A DNA stretch of 63,598 nt, counting the filler, from Octopus bimaculoides (taxonomy: Eukaryota), in the NCBI RefSeq assembly GCF_001194135.2. It is 6 parts of 6 records of this genome, joined end to end, with 100 filler letters (N's around TTAATTAATTAA, not from the genome) between each part and the next. Parts side by side here need not be neighbours in the genome. Positions count along the whole stretch, not along the records: positions 47,826 to 52,938 come from NC_068983.1; positions 53,039 to 63,598 come from NC_068989.1; 4 more parts are not named here. One strand, 5' to 3'. Numbering within the stretch: the first letter of the stretch is position 1; each line of letters opens with the position of its first letter. Below are positions 50,211 through 61,282 of the stretch, piece by piece. The notes below the pieces were generated by a model. The model had not been told where the DNA came from. It saw only the letters and a list, made by a program, of their open reading frames with translations, and ran no database searches. The position numbers and the translations under genes are program-made.

Positions 50211-51199
50211 ACATACACACGCGCGCGCACACACATACACGAACTCATATTTCTTCACAAGCCTGAGAGAACCATAAAGAAAGAGCTATATTCCGTAGAA
50301 TTATTTCGTTTCTCATCATTTGTTCGATAGTCTCATTCCCTAACAAATATATATGAAGATGTATACTCGCATTAATTTACTTTGTAGATATATATTTAGG
50401 TATATTTGTATAACATTTAGTTTCATGCACCAACACATAGTCACAAACCCGCAGACACAATATTTATATGTGTGTGTGTGTGTGCGTGTGTGTGAGTATG
50501 TGTGTGTGTATGTATGTGTGTGTGTATGTTTGTATGTATGTATGTATATACAGCCAATTGGTATTTATGTGCATCCGAATGCATGTACGATTTGTGTTAT
50601 TACTAACATTGGTAAATTACTATATTTGTTTACATAGCTAATCTACATTTAAACCTATGTCTACACTGAAACATGTGACACATCTTTCATTCCATCATAT
50701 ATAAAGTCTGTGATCCTCTATTATTATATTGTTCGAGAAGAGAAATGATGCGTGTCAACGAAGCTGAATAAATATGTTGAAAATTTTCCGTTCAGTGAAA
50801 GGAACTAGTTGAATAATTAAGCTATTCCTGTCACTTATACACCGTTCTCTAGTATTAGTAGACTTCTAATATGGCTGCTAAGCCTTTTGTGATTCATACA
50901 AAAGCTAACATTATATTAATATGTAGATCTGCATTTAATAAAGTAAATAATATTGGTGTGATATTTCTGAAATCAGCTCATTCTCTGAATAGCTGGCAAC
51001 ATATATGCTGGTGTTGCATACAATATATGATGTACAATGATAATATTAAAGCATTTTTTTTCCTTAAAGTGTACATAGTACGATGATGTTTTCCAAATAT
51101 TATATATGCACATAATACACTTATAGACCATGTTATATATATACACACAGACATACGCGCACACACACACACACACACACGCACACACACACATATATG

Positions 51200-51418
51200 T
51201 TGTATTTTATCTTTTACTTGATTCAGTCATTAGACTGCAGCCGTGCTCAGGTAGCGTCTCGAATATGTTTTTGTCGGATGAATCGACTCCAATACCTATT
51301 TTGCTTTTGTTACGCCTGGTTCTTATTCTGTCGGACTCTCTTGCCAAACTGTTAAGTTACGGGGTCGTAAATACATCAACAACTGTTGTTAAGCAGTGGG
51401 GCATACAAACACCCCCCC

Positions 51419-51420
<2 letters not shown>
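51200..51420 (-). mobile_element. SINE family A 3' half, diverged
   Basis: cttttacttgattcagtcattagactgcagccgtgct...aagttacggggtcgtaaat. Confidence 0.7.
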
Positions 51421-51458
<38 letters not shown>

Positions 51459-51621
51459 TTCAAACTATATATATATATTTATATATATTAAATTCAAACT
51501 AAGATGAACGTAAACAAGAGTTGAGATATCTTAGAAAGTTAAAGAAGTGATTTTTAATTCTCAAATGCAGGAAAATGCTAATAATATAGCCTGAACAGGA
51601 TAAATTACCCCTATTTTGCAG

Positions 51622-51629
51622 AAAAAAAA
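51622..51629 (-). terminator. Pol III oligo-T terminator (T8)
   Basis: T8 begins 4 nt after the end of the tRNA-like unit on the minus strand. Confidence 0.5.
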
Positions 51630-51633
51630 GGGA

Positions 51634-51713
51634 AGGCAGCTAGCTATGAGACTCGAACTCACACCTCCGTGATTACGCGTCAAAGTGCTCTTCACCAATT
51701 AAGCTAATCTGCC
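51634..51713 (-). tRNA. tRNA-Thr(CGT)-like gene or pseudogene
   Basis: GGCAGATTAGCTTAATTGGTGAAGAGCACTTTGACGCGTAATCACGGAGGTGTGAGTTCGAGTCTCATAGCTAGCTGCCT: A box, B box, D and T arms present; irregular anticodon arm; extra AGCT before the 3' acceptor strand. Confidence 0.55.
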
Positions 51714-51958
51714 GAACAACATTTTTTTCTGCAAATTTAAGATGTATAGAAATCTCGCTTTATAAGACGCTATCATATTTTAAATTCAAATTACGATGAA
51801 AGTAAACAAACATACATACATACGAGAGGGTTATTTCAGTTTTCGTCGACCAAATCCATTTGCAAAGCTTTGATCGACCCGAAGAGATTTGCCAAGAACT
51901 ATGAGTTTGGGAAGAAAGTTTCTTGCTACACATTCATGTCTAAGCCTAACTATGCTGC

Positions 51959-52013
<55 letters not shown>

Positions 52014-52938
52014 CAATCTCTGTACGTATTCACGCACACACATTCACATATATGCATGTACACATACATGTGGTTGTTAGTTGGATCCTTGGGCATGTCT
52101 AAATGTGTGTGTATATGTGTGTGTTTGTTTTTATGAGTGTGTGTGTGTGTGTTTGTTTTAATGATTGCGTGTGTGTGTGTTTGTTTTCATGAGTGTACGT
52201 GCGTGTGTGTAAAATAATCGTTATGTTCAAGAGAAGCGAAATTAGTTTAAAATTAATATCCGTATGTCACACTTAATGCACATACATCACAGAAAATCTA
52301 GCCAATTCGGGTATTCATCTTCCGATAATATATCTGAAATATGTAAAGTGTAAGTAACAAAAAAGCAAAACAAAAAAATACTGATCAGAATCACACAAAT
52401 ATCATTATGCATCGGTAATGGCATTGATAAATGCACATTTCTCCCATACTGTCCTTCGTCAGCAAGAAGATATAATTGACTCTGTTATTATCTAGTGCAA
52501 CGATTTAAAAACGATAATAATAGAATCAATTATATAGGCGATTGCAGGTCTCCAAAATGTATTTAATAGCTAATGGATTAAAATTAATCAAAGGACATAC
52601 TAAATATGTCTACCTGCTAGAAATAATACTAAAATCTCTTATCTAAATTGCCAAGATACACTGATAATAACTACAGAAATCAACCGTCCGAAGGCAAACA
52701 GGCTACGACAATCTCTCAGCATACATTCAAGTATTTGGACTCATGTGGACCGGTTTCTGGACTGGCATAATAGGCTAACTTTCCTCAGCACGCGTTCCCA
52801 TGATAGAGAGCACCAACCCGTCGTATTGAAGTCTGCGCTGCAGATGATTCGTTTAGCTCCGAAATCATGGCATGTACCAGTGTGAAGATAATTTCAATAC
52901 GGAGCAAATAATTCACGTGTGAAATATATATATATATA

Positions 52939-53038
52939 NNNNNNNNNNNNNNNNNNNNNNNNNNNNNNNNNNNNNNNNNNNNTTAATTAATTAANNNNNN
53001 NNNNNNNNNNNNNNNNNNNNNNNNNNNNNNNNNNNNNN
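52939..53038. other. Artificial linker N44-TTAATTAATTAA-N44
   Basis: Same 100-bp spacer. Confidence 0.95.
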
Positions 53039-53083
53039 TATATATACATTATACACGTACACACACACACACACACACACATA

Positions 53084-53464
53084 CTCTTTTACTTGTTTCA
53101 GTCATTTCACTGCGGCCATGCTGGAGCACCGCCTTTAGTCGAGCAAATCGACACCAGGACTTATTCCTTGTGAGCCTAGTACTTATTCTATCGGTCTCTT
53201 TTGCCGAACCGCTAAGTTACGGTGGCGTCAATACACCACCATCGGTTGTCAAGCAATGTTGAGTGGGGGACAAACACAGACATACAAACATATAAACACA
53301 CATATATACATATATACGACGGGCTTCCTTCAGTTTCCGTCTACCAAATCCACTAACAAGGCTTTGGTCGGCCCGAGGCCACAGTAGAAGACACTTGCCC
53401 CAGGTGCCACGCAGTGGGACTGAACCCGTAACCATGTGGTTGGTAAGCAAGCTACTTACCACAC
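53084..53464 (-). mobile_element. SINE family A, near full length, least diverged copy by eye
   Basis: Head, internal microsatellite 53275-53315, and tail ending gactgaaacaagtaaaagag. A second diverged head follows at 53495-53660. Confidence 0.9.
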
Positions 53465-54174
53465 ATATGTATGTATGTATGTATGTATGTATGCATGTAC
53501 AACGTGCTTCTTTCAGTTTCCACCTACCAAAACCACTTACAAGGTTTTGATCGACCCAGAGTTATAGTAAAAGATACTTGCCCAATGTGCTGCACTGTAG
53601 GACAGAACCCAAGGCCGCGTGGTTGGAAAGCAAGCTTCTTAACCACTCAGCCATGGCTGCGAACAATGTGAGCATTTTCTTTTCCTCTGTTGACTTGTCA
53701 GTTTTTCTGCATCTACAAGTTCTGGTAATGACCACAGCTGACACGAGTAATGTGAACTCCGTTCAGATGCGATGGTTGTTGCTCCCGTGTAAATTTCATT
53801 GATACTAAGAAATCTAGCACAGTGTTTGCGGCTGACACTAATGATACAGTCGTTGTTATCTTTGTGTGTGTACGTTTTTCTTTAAGAAGCAGTCGTGGTT
53901 GCGAAGCCAGCTTCTTAGTCACACAGCTATGCCTGCGCCTGAAGTTCTTTTTCTTTTTCAAAAGTAAGTCTTTGAAAATATCTGTCACCCGGCCCTGCTA
54001 ATGGAGATCAGAAATGTTGCTCTGTTGGATAAATGTGGTGTTTGTGACTGTCTTTTCTTTGCGTGTAACATGGAACGTTCAACACTGTGTCTTCCAGGTG
54101 TGAACCAACGAGAGACCATGTGGAGGTTGCTTTGTTGACTTGGAGGAAGAAGTGCATGTCGTACCAATAAAATA

Positions 54175-55032
54175 ACCAATCAACCAATCAATCAATCAAC
54201 CAATCAACCAATCAATCAATCAACCAATCAACCAATCAACCAATCAAACCACCAATCAACCAATCAACCAACCAACCAATCAAATAACCAATCAACCAAC
54301 CAACCAACCAATCATAACAACTAATCAACAAACCAACCAACCAATCATAACAACTAATCAACAAACCAACCAATCAACCAACCAACCAATCAACCAACCA
54401 ATCAAACAAACAATGAACCAATCAATCAACCAATCAATCAACCAATCAAATAACCAATGAACCAATCAATCAACCAATCAAATAACCAATGAACCAATCA
54501 ATCAACCAATCAAATAACCAATCAACCAATCAACCAACCAATCAAACAACCACTCAAACAACCAATCAAACAACCAACCAATCAAATAACCAATCAACCA
54601 ACCAACCAACCAATCAATCAACCAGTCAACAAACCAACCAATCAACCAACCAATTAACCAATCAAACAATCAACCAACCAATCAAACAACCAATCAATCA
54701 ACCAATCAAATAACCAATCAACCAATCAACCAACCAATCAAACAACCAATCAAACAACCAATCAAACAACCAACCAACCAACCAACCAATCAATCAACCA
54801 GTCAACAAACCAACCAATTAACCAATCAAACAATCAACCAATCACACAGTTAACCAATCAGCCAATTAATTTGCCAACCAATTAACCAATCGATTAATCT
54901 ACCAAACAAACAATCAACCAACCAACCAATTAGCCAACCAATCTACCAATCAATCAACAAATCAATCAGTCAATCGATCAACTAACCAATCAACCAATCA
55001 TACAAACAACCAATCATACAAACAACCAATCA
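54175..55032 (+). repeat. ~860-bp degenerate (AACC/AATC)n array rich in CCAAT
   Basis: Units such as caaccaatcaa; source of the N/Q/S/T ORF. Confidence 0.95.
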
Positions 55033-55646
55033 AGTGTTTTTCAGGAATTAATGACTATTGAGGATGATCCTTCTGCCGTTTGTGTCTCTTACTCCATGGT
55101 TGTCAGTGACTCTGAAGAAGACTGTTGTGTAATCCTCCATGCGTAGGCTGAGACCCTTATTGTGGACGAGAAGAGAGAGAGACAGAGAGAGAGAAGAGAG
55201 AGTGAAAGAGAAAGAAGGACAGAAAGACTGAAAAGAGAGAGTGAAAAGGGACGTGTGAGAGGAGTGCAAGAAGTGGAGGAGGCAGAGACAAGGCGAGTGA
55301 GAGCGGGAGAGAGAGAGAGAGAACAAGATAGAGGATGAAGCGTGAATGGAGGAGAAAGGGGGAGATGTGAGAGGCAGAGAGAGATGTTGATAAAGGGGGT
55401 AGAGAGAGGTGTGAAGTAAAAGGAGAAGGATAATGTTAAGAAAGATGAGGAATAGAAAGAGGAAGGGGAGGAGGTAGTGTTTGTAAGGGAGAAACAGCAA
55501 CGGAGAGGCAGGAACTGGGGATAAAAAGGGAGAGTTTAGATAATTTAGAGAGGGACCACAAAGTAGAAAATGGGAATGAAAAGGGAGGGGAGAGGGGGAG
55601 AAATGGAGAGAGCAGACAGAAATATAAAGAGAGTAGTAGTAGTAGC

Positions 55647-55690
<44 letters not shown>

Positions 55691-56699
55691 ATGGCGTGGG
55701 GGCGTGGTGGCTTGAGGGCTGCGACGTTGGGGAGGCGGCGTGGGGACGGTGGTGTAGGGGCGGCAGCAGCGGTGGCTGTGTTGGTGGCAGTGGTTGTAGT
55801 AGTTGNNNNNNNNNNNNNNNNNNNNNNNNNNNNNNNNNNNNNNNNNNNNNNNNNNNNNNNNNNNNNNNNNNNNNNNNNNNNNNNNNNNNNNNNNNNNNNN
55901 NNNNNNNNNNNNNNNNNNNNNNNNNNNNNNNNNNNNNNNNNNNNNNNNNNNNNNNNNNNNNNNNNNNNNNNNNNNNNNNNNNNNNNNNNNNNNNNNNNNN
56001 NNNNNNNNNNNNNNNNNNNNNNNNNNNNNNNNNNNNNNNNNNNNNNNNNNNNNNNNNNNNNNNNNNNNNNNNNNNNNNNNNNNNNNNNNNNNNNNNNNNN
56101 NNNNNNNNNNNNNNNNNNNNNNNNNNNNNNNNNNNNNNNNNNNNNNNNNNNNNNNNNNNNNNNNNNNNNNNNNNNNNNNNNNNNNNNNNNNNNNNNNNNN
56201 NNNNNNNTTAGTGGTGGTGGTTGTGGTGGTGGTGGTTGTGGTGGTGGTGGTGGTGGTCGTGGTGTTTGTGATTGTGTTTATAATAGTGGTGGTGGTGATG
56301 GATATGGTGCTGGTACTGGTGGTGGCAGCGGCGGCTGAGGCGGTAGCTGAGGCGGTAGCTGAGGCGGCGGCTGAGGCGGTGACGGTGGTGGTGAGAGAGA
56401 CATCGATGGTGACGCTCTTGATGTTGGTTGTAATTGCAGTTTTGCCAACCTCCAAGTCAAACCTGATTAAGCATAGCTAACAGCTATCACCCAAAAATAT
56501 CCCAGCCGTGACCATCCCATATTTTTCCTAAACACAATAGGGAACCCACGAGTACATTTATTAAATATGTCTCTTTCTAAAGACAGCTGAGAGTCGATTT
56601 GAGGGAGATTTAGCTACTATTTCTAGCAAATTGCTTGACCACATAGAGACACCCACTATGAAGCTGGTAATACGGGTATTAGGATAAGGGTGGCTGTGA

Positions 56700-56800
56700 T
56701 ATTGTTGTTGTTATTTAGCACCAAGTCGACCCAGATCGAGCAGACCTAAAATTATAGAGCGCTCCAAATGTGACCATCTCACATTTTCTATATCAACAAA
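56700..56800 (+). mobile_element. Short dispersed repeat following (TTG)n
   Basis: ttagc.cca.gtc...c.gatcgagcagacct...; related diverged copies near 2275-2360, 26405-26500 and 42230-42330. Confidence 0.45.
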
Positions 56801-56839
56801 TACAAAAACGTAATCTTCTGTGTGAATGGTTCGGCGCGT

Positions 56840-56926
56840 GCGCATGTATGTGTGTGTCTGAGTGTGTGTGTATATGTGTGTGAGTGTGTGTGAGCGTGTG
56901 TGAGCATGTATGTGTGCGTGTTTATG

Positions 56927-56959
<33 letters not shown>

Positions 56960-57228
56960 GCTTGTGTATGTGTGTGCTTGTGTGCATATGCATCTCTGCA
57001 TGTGTGTATGTGCGTGTGTGTTTATCAGATTTGTGCGTGTGTATATGTGTATATGTATCTGCGTGTGTGTATATCTGCGTGTATGTGTGTATGTGTGAGC
57101 ATATGTATAGTATGCGTGTATTTAGGCTTATGTGTATGCATGTGTGTGCATACGTGTATCTGTGTGCGTTTATCTGTGTGTATATGTATGTGTGTAAGTG
57201 TGGTTGTGTATGATTGCATGTATGTGTG

Positions 57229-57273
<45 letters not shown>

Positions 57274-57475
57274 AATGTATGTAAGTGTATGTATGTATGT
57301 ATGCGCCTGACTATATGTGTAAGTAATTTTGCGAGTGTATGTGTGTGCGTAAGTGTATTTGTGTGCTTGCATATTTGTGTGTGCGTGCACATGTGTGTAT
57401 GTGCATGCGTGCGCATTTGTGTGCGTATGCACGCGTGTCTATATGCGTGTGTGTATGCGTATGTGTGAGTGCGAA
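56840..57475. repeat. Degenerate (TG/TA)n array
   Basis: Source of many VCVC/HTHT ORFs. Confidence 0.95.
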
Positions 57476-57751
57476 TGTTAAAATCGTCTGCAATCAATTA
57501 ATTGTTAGATCTGGTTTAAATAAACAGCCTATGAAGTTGTAACGTTTACTGAAACCTAACGCTGCAAAGGTCATTGAAATGTCAATAAATTATATTAATT
57601 AATGTGACAATTCACTTAATTAATTAGCTCGGTGATTCTTTTGTTGTTTTTCTTGTGGTTTTCTTCAAAAATATTTTTTATTGATTATTATTTTTATTGT
57701 CGTTGTTCTTGTTACTATTATTGTTGTCGTTGTTGTTGTTGTTAGAGCGGT

Positions 57752-59600
57752 ATAGGCGATGCTTGGTAGAATCCTTAGAGCATCGGACAAAATGCCTTGA
57801 GGTGTTTAGTCACATCTCTTTATGTTTTGAGTTCAAATCGCGTTGAAGTTGACTTTATCTTTCATCTTTTCAGGACTGATAAAATAAAGTTCTAGTCAAA
57901 CACTTGGATTGTTGATAGAAACGTCTGCTCCCTTCCCATTAAACTTCTGATCTTGTATCTTTGGAAAACTAGAGCGATGATGGTCAAACTAAAATCAGTT
58001 CGTGACTCGTAGCTCCTAAAGTTTCTAAAAGTGGCTCCCGAGATAATATTGGGTGTTAGTGCTGTTCCTCCTAAAACGCTATGCAACAACTCCAGAGTTG
58101 TCATCCTTGCACGTTGGATTATTCTAAATCACAGGAATCCGTTCTATTAGCAGAGATTTTAAGTTTGAATGGTAGGAACGCATTTAACTAATCTAAAATG
58201 GATTGTACTTATGGAAATCTTAGTGAAAGAACGGGAACAGAAGTTTATATCAGTTAACTAACACAGTTATTATATAGCTAAATTAAATGTCCTTGTTAAA
58301 TCTAGCCAACCCGTCTGATTTTTCATTTCTGTGTTAATACACACCTACCTGAAGGCGGCGAGCTAGCAGAAACGTTAGCACGCCGGGCGAAATGCTTAGC
58401 GGTATTTCGTCTGCCGTTACGTTCTGATTTCTGCCGAGGTCGACTTTAGCTTTCATCCTTTCGGGATCGATAAATTAAGTACCAGTTACGCACTGGGGTC
58501 GATGTAATCGACTTAATCCCTTTGTCAAAGAATTATATGGAAATATATNNNNNNNNNNNNNNNNNNNNNNNNNNNNNNNNNNNNNNNNNNNNNNNNNNNN
58601 NNNNNNNNNNNNNNNNNNNNNNNNNNNNNNNNNNNNNNNNNNNNNNNNNNNNNNNNNNNNNNNNNNNNNNNNNNNNNNNNNNNNNNNNNNNNNNNNNNNN
58701 NNNNNNNNNNNNNNNNNNNNNNNNNNNNNNNNNNNNNNNNNNNNNNNNNNNNNNNNTAATCATATGCATTTATCTATACATATATGTACATACCGACATT
58801 TATATGTATACATACAAGCATATATGGGTACAGGACATCACAAAAAACGTTAAACACAATGAGAAACGAAAACATAAAGATGAAGACAGAAAACGAACTT
58901 TTTGGGGAACAACGAAAAAAATAAACAGAGAAACGAGACATGCAACATAAAGAATATAACCCTTCTTCAGTTGTCCCTGCTCCATCTACTTCGAAAGGTC
59001 GTGAGTTCAATTCCCGGTGACGCATTGTGTCCTTGAGCAAGACACTTTATTTCACGTTGTTCCAGTCCATTCAGCTGGCAATCCCAACAATCATGGCGAA
59101 TTTATGTTTGGCGCACAACATATGCAAGGTGACAAGCTCGCAGAATTGTTACAGCGCGGGACGAAATGCTTAGCGGTATTTCGCCCGTCGCTGTGTCCTG
59201 CGTTCAAATTCCGCCGAGGTCGACTTTGCCATTCATCCTTTCGGAATCGATAAATTAAGTACCAGTTGCATACTAGAGTCGAAGTAATCGATTCACCCCT
59301 CCCCCGATATTTCAGGCCTTGCGCCTATAGTAGAAAGGATTATTATTATTATTATTATTATTATTATCATTAACTCGTTTTATACCTGCAGTTGCGGAAT
59401 ATAAAATAAAATCCTTTCTACTATAGACACAACGCCCGAAATTTTGTAGGGAATTGGCCAGTCGATTACATCGACCCCAGTTGTGAACTGGTACTTAGTT
59501 CAGTGATGAACGGAAAAGTCGGCCTCGGTGGAATTTGAACTCAGAACATAAAAACGAACGAAATGTTTCAAAACATTTTGTCCGACATGCCAACGATTCT
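57752..59600. mobile_element. SINE B copies at 57752-57895(+), 58352-58525(+), 59130-59342(+), 59415-59600(-)
   Basis: Shared head ggcggcgagctggcag and core ctttcatcctttcgg.tcgataaattaagtaccagtt. The 59130 copy ends gtagaaagg-(ATT)n. Confidence 0.85.
58829..58995 (-). mobile_element. Dispersed repeat, possibly Penelope pLTR-derived (copy 2)
   Basis: Homologous to 4920-5093, with the same 3' end point (..tcctgta). Confidence 0.55.
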
Positions 59601-59957
59601 GTCNNNNNNNNNNNNNNNNNNNNNNNNNNNNNNNNNNNNNNNNNNNNNNNNNNNNNNNNNNNNNNNNNNNNNNNNNNNNNNNNNNNNNNNNNNNNNNNNN
59701 NNNNNNNNNNNNNNNNNNNNNNNNNNNNNNNNNNNNNNNNNNNNNNNNNNNNNNNNNNNNNNNNNNNNNNNNNNNNNNNNNNNNNNNNNNNNNNNNNNNN
59801 NNNNNNNNNNNNNNNNNNNNNNNNNNNNNNNNNNNNNNNNNNNNNNNNNNNNNNNNNNNNNNNNNNNNNNNNNNNNNNNNNNNNNNNNNNNNNNNNNNNN
59901 NNNNNNNNNNNNNNNNNNNNNNNNNNNNNNNNNNNNTATATATATACATACATACAT

Positions 59958-60036
<79 letters not shown>

Positions 60037-60178
60037 TACGTATGCACACACACACACACACACACATATACATGCATACAGCGGGAGAGACAGGAGTGAA
60101 GTTGCGAATCAAACTAGAAGTTGTGTTACAGCTGGACAGATTTCACGGAAACTATAATAATGATCGGCGGCTAAAGTT

Positions 60179-60325
60179 AGAGTGACTCTAGGGGAGAGAG
60201 CTTCATACATTGACGCTTTATTAATCAGCAGAAGTAACAGAGTGACTCAAGGGCCGAGGGTCTCGTGCATTGACACTTTATTAGTGAGTAGAGATTACAG
60301 AATTACCCAAGGGCCGAGAACTCAA
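60179..60325 (+). repeat. Degenerate 60-bp minisatellite, about 2.5 copies
   Basis: Units start agagtgactc at 60179 and 60239, and agaattaccc at 60299. Confidence 0.7.
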
Positions 60326-61282
60326 ATCTTCGACGAGTAAACGACAAATTTCAATCTCCCACGGCGCTACCGATAGATGCATTTCTGAATTGATGTCGCC
60401 AACAATGGATGTCCTATTATTGCACCTTTTGGTTCAGATATTGTTTCATAAGTGCCAGAACTTACTGAGATTCAAGTGGAGCTGAAGATAGAATATAAAT
60501 GCTCATCTGTTTCTGAAAGCAAATCACAGAAGTACTGTCCTAATCTCCAGAAAACAAACTCTTCTTTTTTTTTTTTTTTCCTTTTTTTTGCGGAGCTGCT
60601 ATTTCTGCTATGAATCACCTCTGTGATGAAATCTCTCAAGTCAAACAACTTGCCGTCTTCAGCAATATTTCCTTATCCTCAGTAACATCCTCTTAATGAG
60701 CTTCTTAGAACAGATTTAACATCCTATCGGCTGGATTTTAAAGGATTAACTACAAAAAATTAAGACTCGATAAAAGGTTTCAATGAGCAGAGATTAATCC
60801 ATCTTCTTTAGTCATTAAAACTATATATATATAAATAGAAATGTTATAATTTTTAAATCTCTCTAAAGAAGCGATACAGCAGCAGTATTGGGTATTAATA
60901 TTTGTTGCCAAACTAACGTGGCAAGTCAGAGAAATAGAACTAATGCTACTGATGATTAGCTCTAGGTAGCTATATGACGCACAAATCTGCGTCCACAGCA
61001 CCTTTGAACAGGGGAGGTCATTAACTTCCCCTTGCTGGCTTGGCATCCACAGACCGGTTGTGGGATATTTGCCCCTTATCAATGTGGCGCAGCCGAGTCC
61101 AGCAGACGTCACTGTTGACCGTCTGTTCGAAGGTTTCATTTATTTATATTTAGTGAAACACATTCACTAATTTTCAAAAGTAGAAATGGTAAAATTTTTA
61201 AATCTCTCTGAAGGACAGATACAGCAGCGGTACTGGGTATTAATATTTATTGCCAAACTAAGGTGGCAGTCCAGAGAAATAG

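Noticed and set aside
57892-58140. 70-aa minus-strand ORF with protein-like composition
   Set aside because: No recognisable motif, weak donor, and the opposite strand is similarly open.
8404-59969. Long ORFs in the track (for example 24877..26223, 40627..41754, 45873..46934)
   Set aside because: They are open only because they cross N runs or dinucleotide and trinucleotide repeats.
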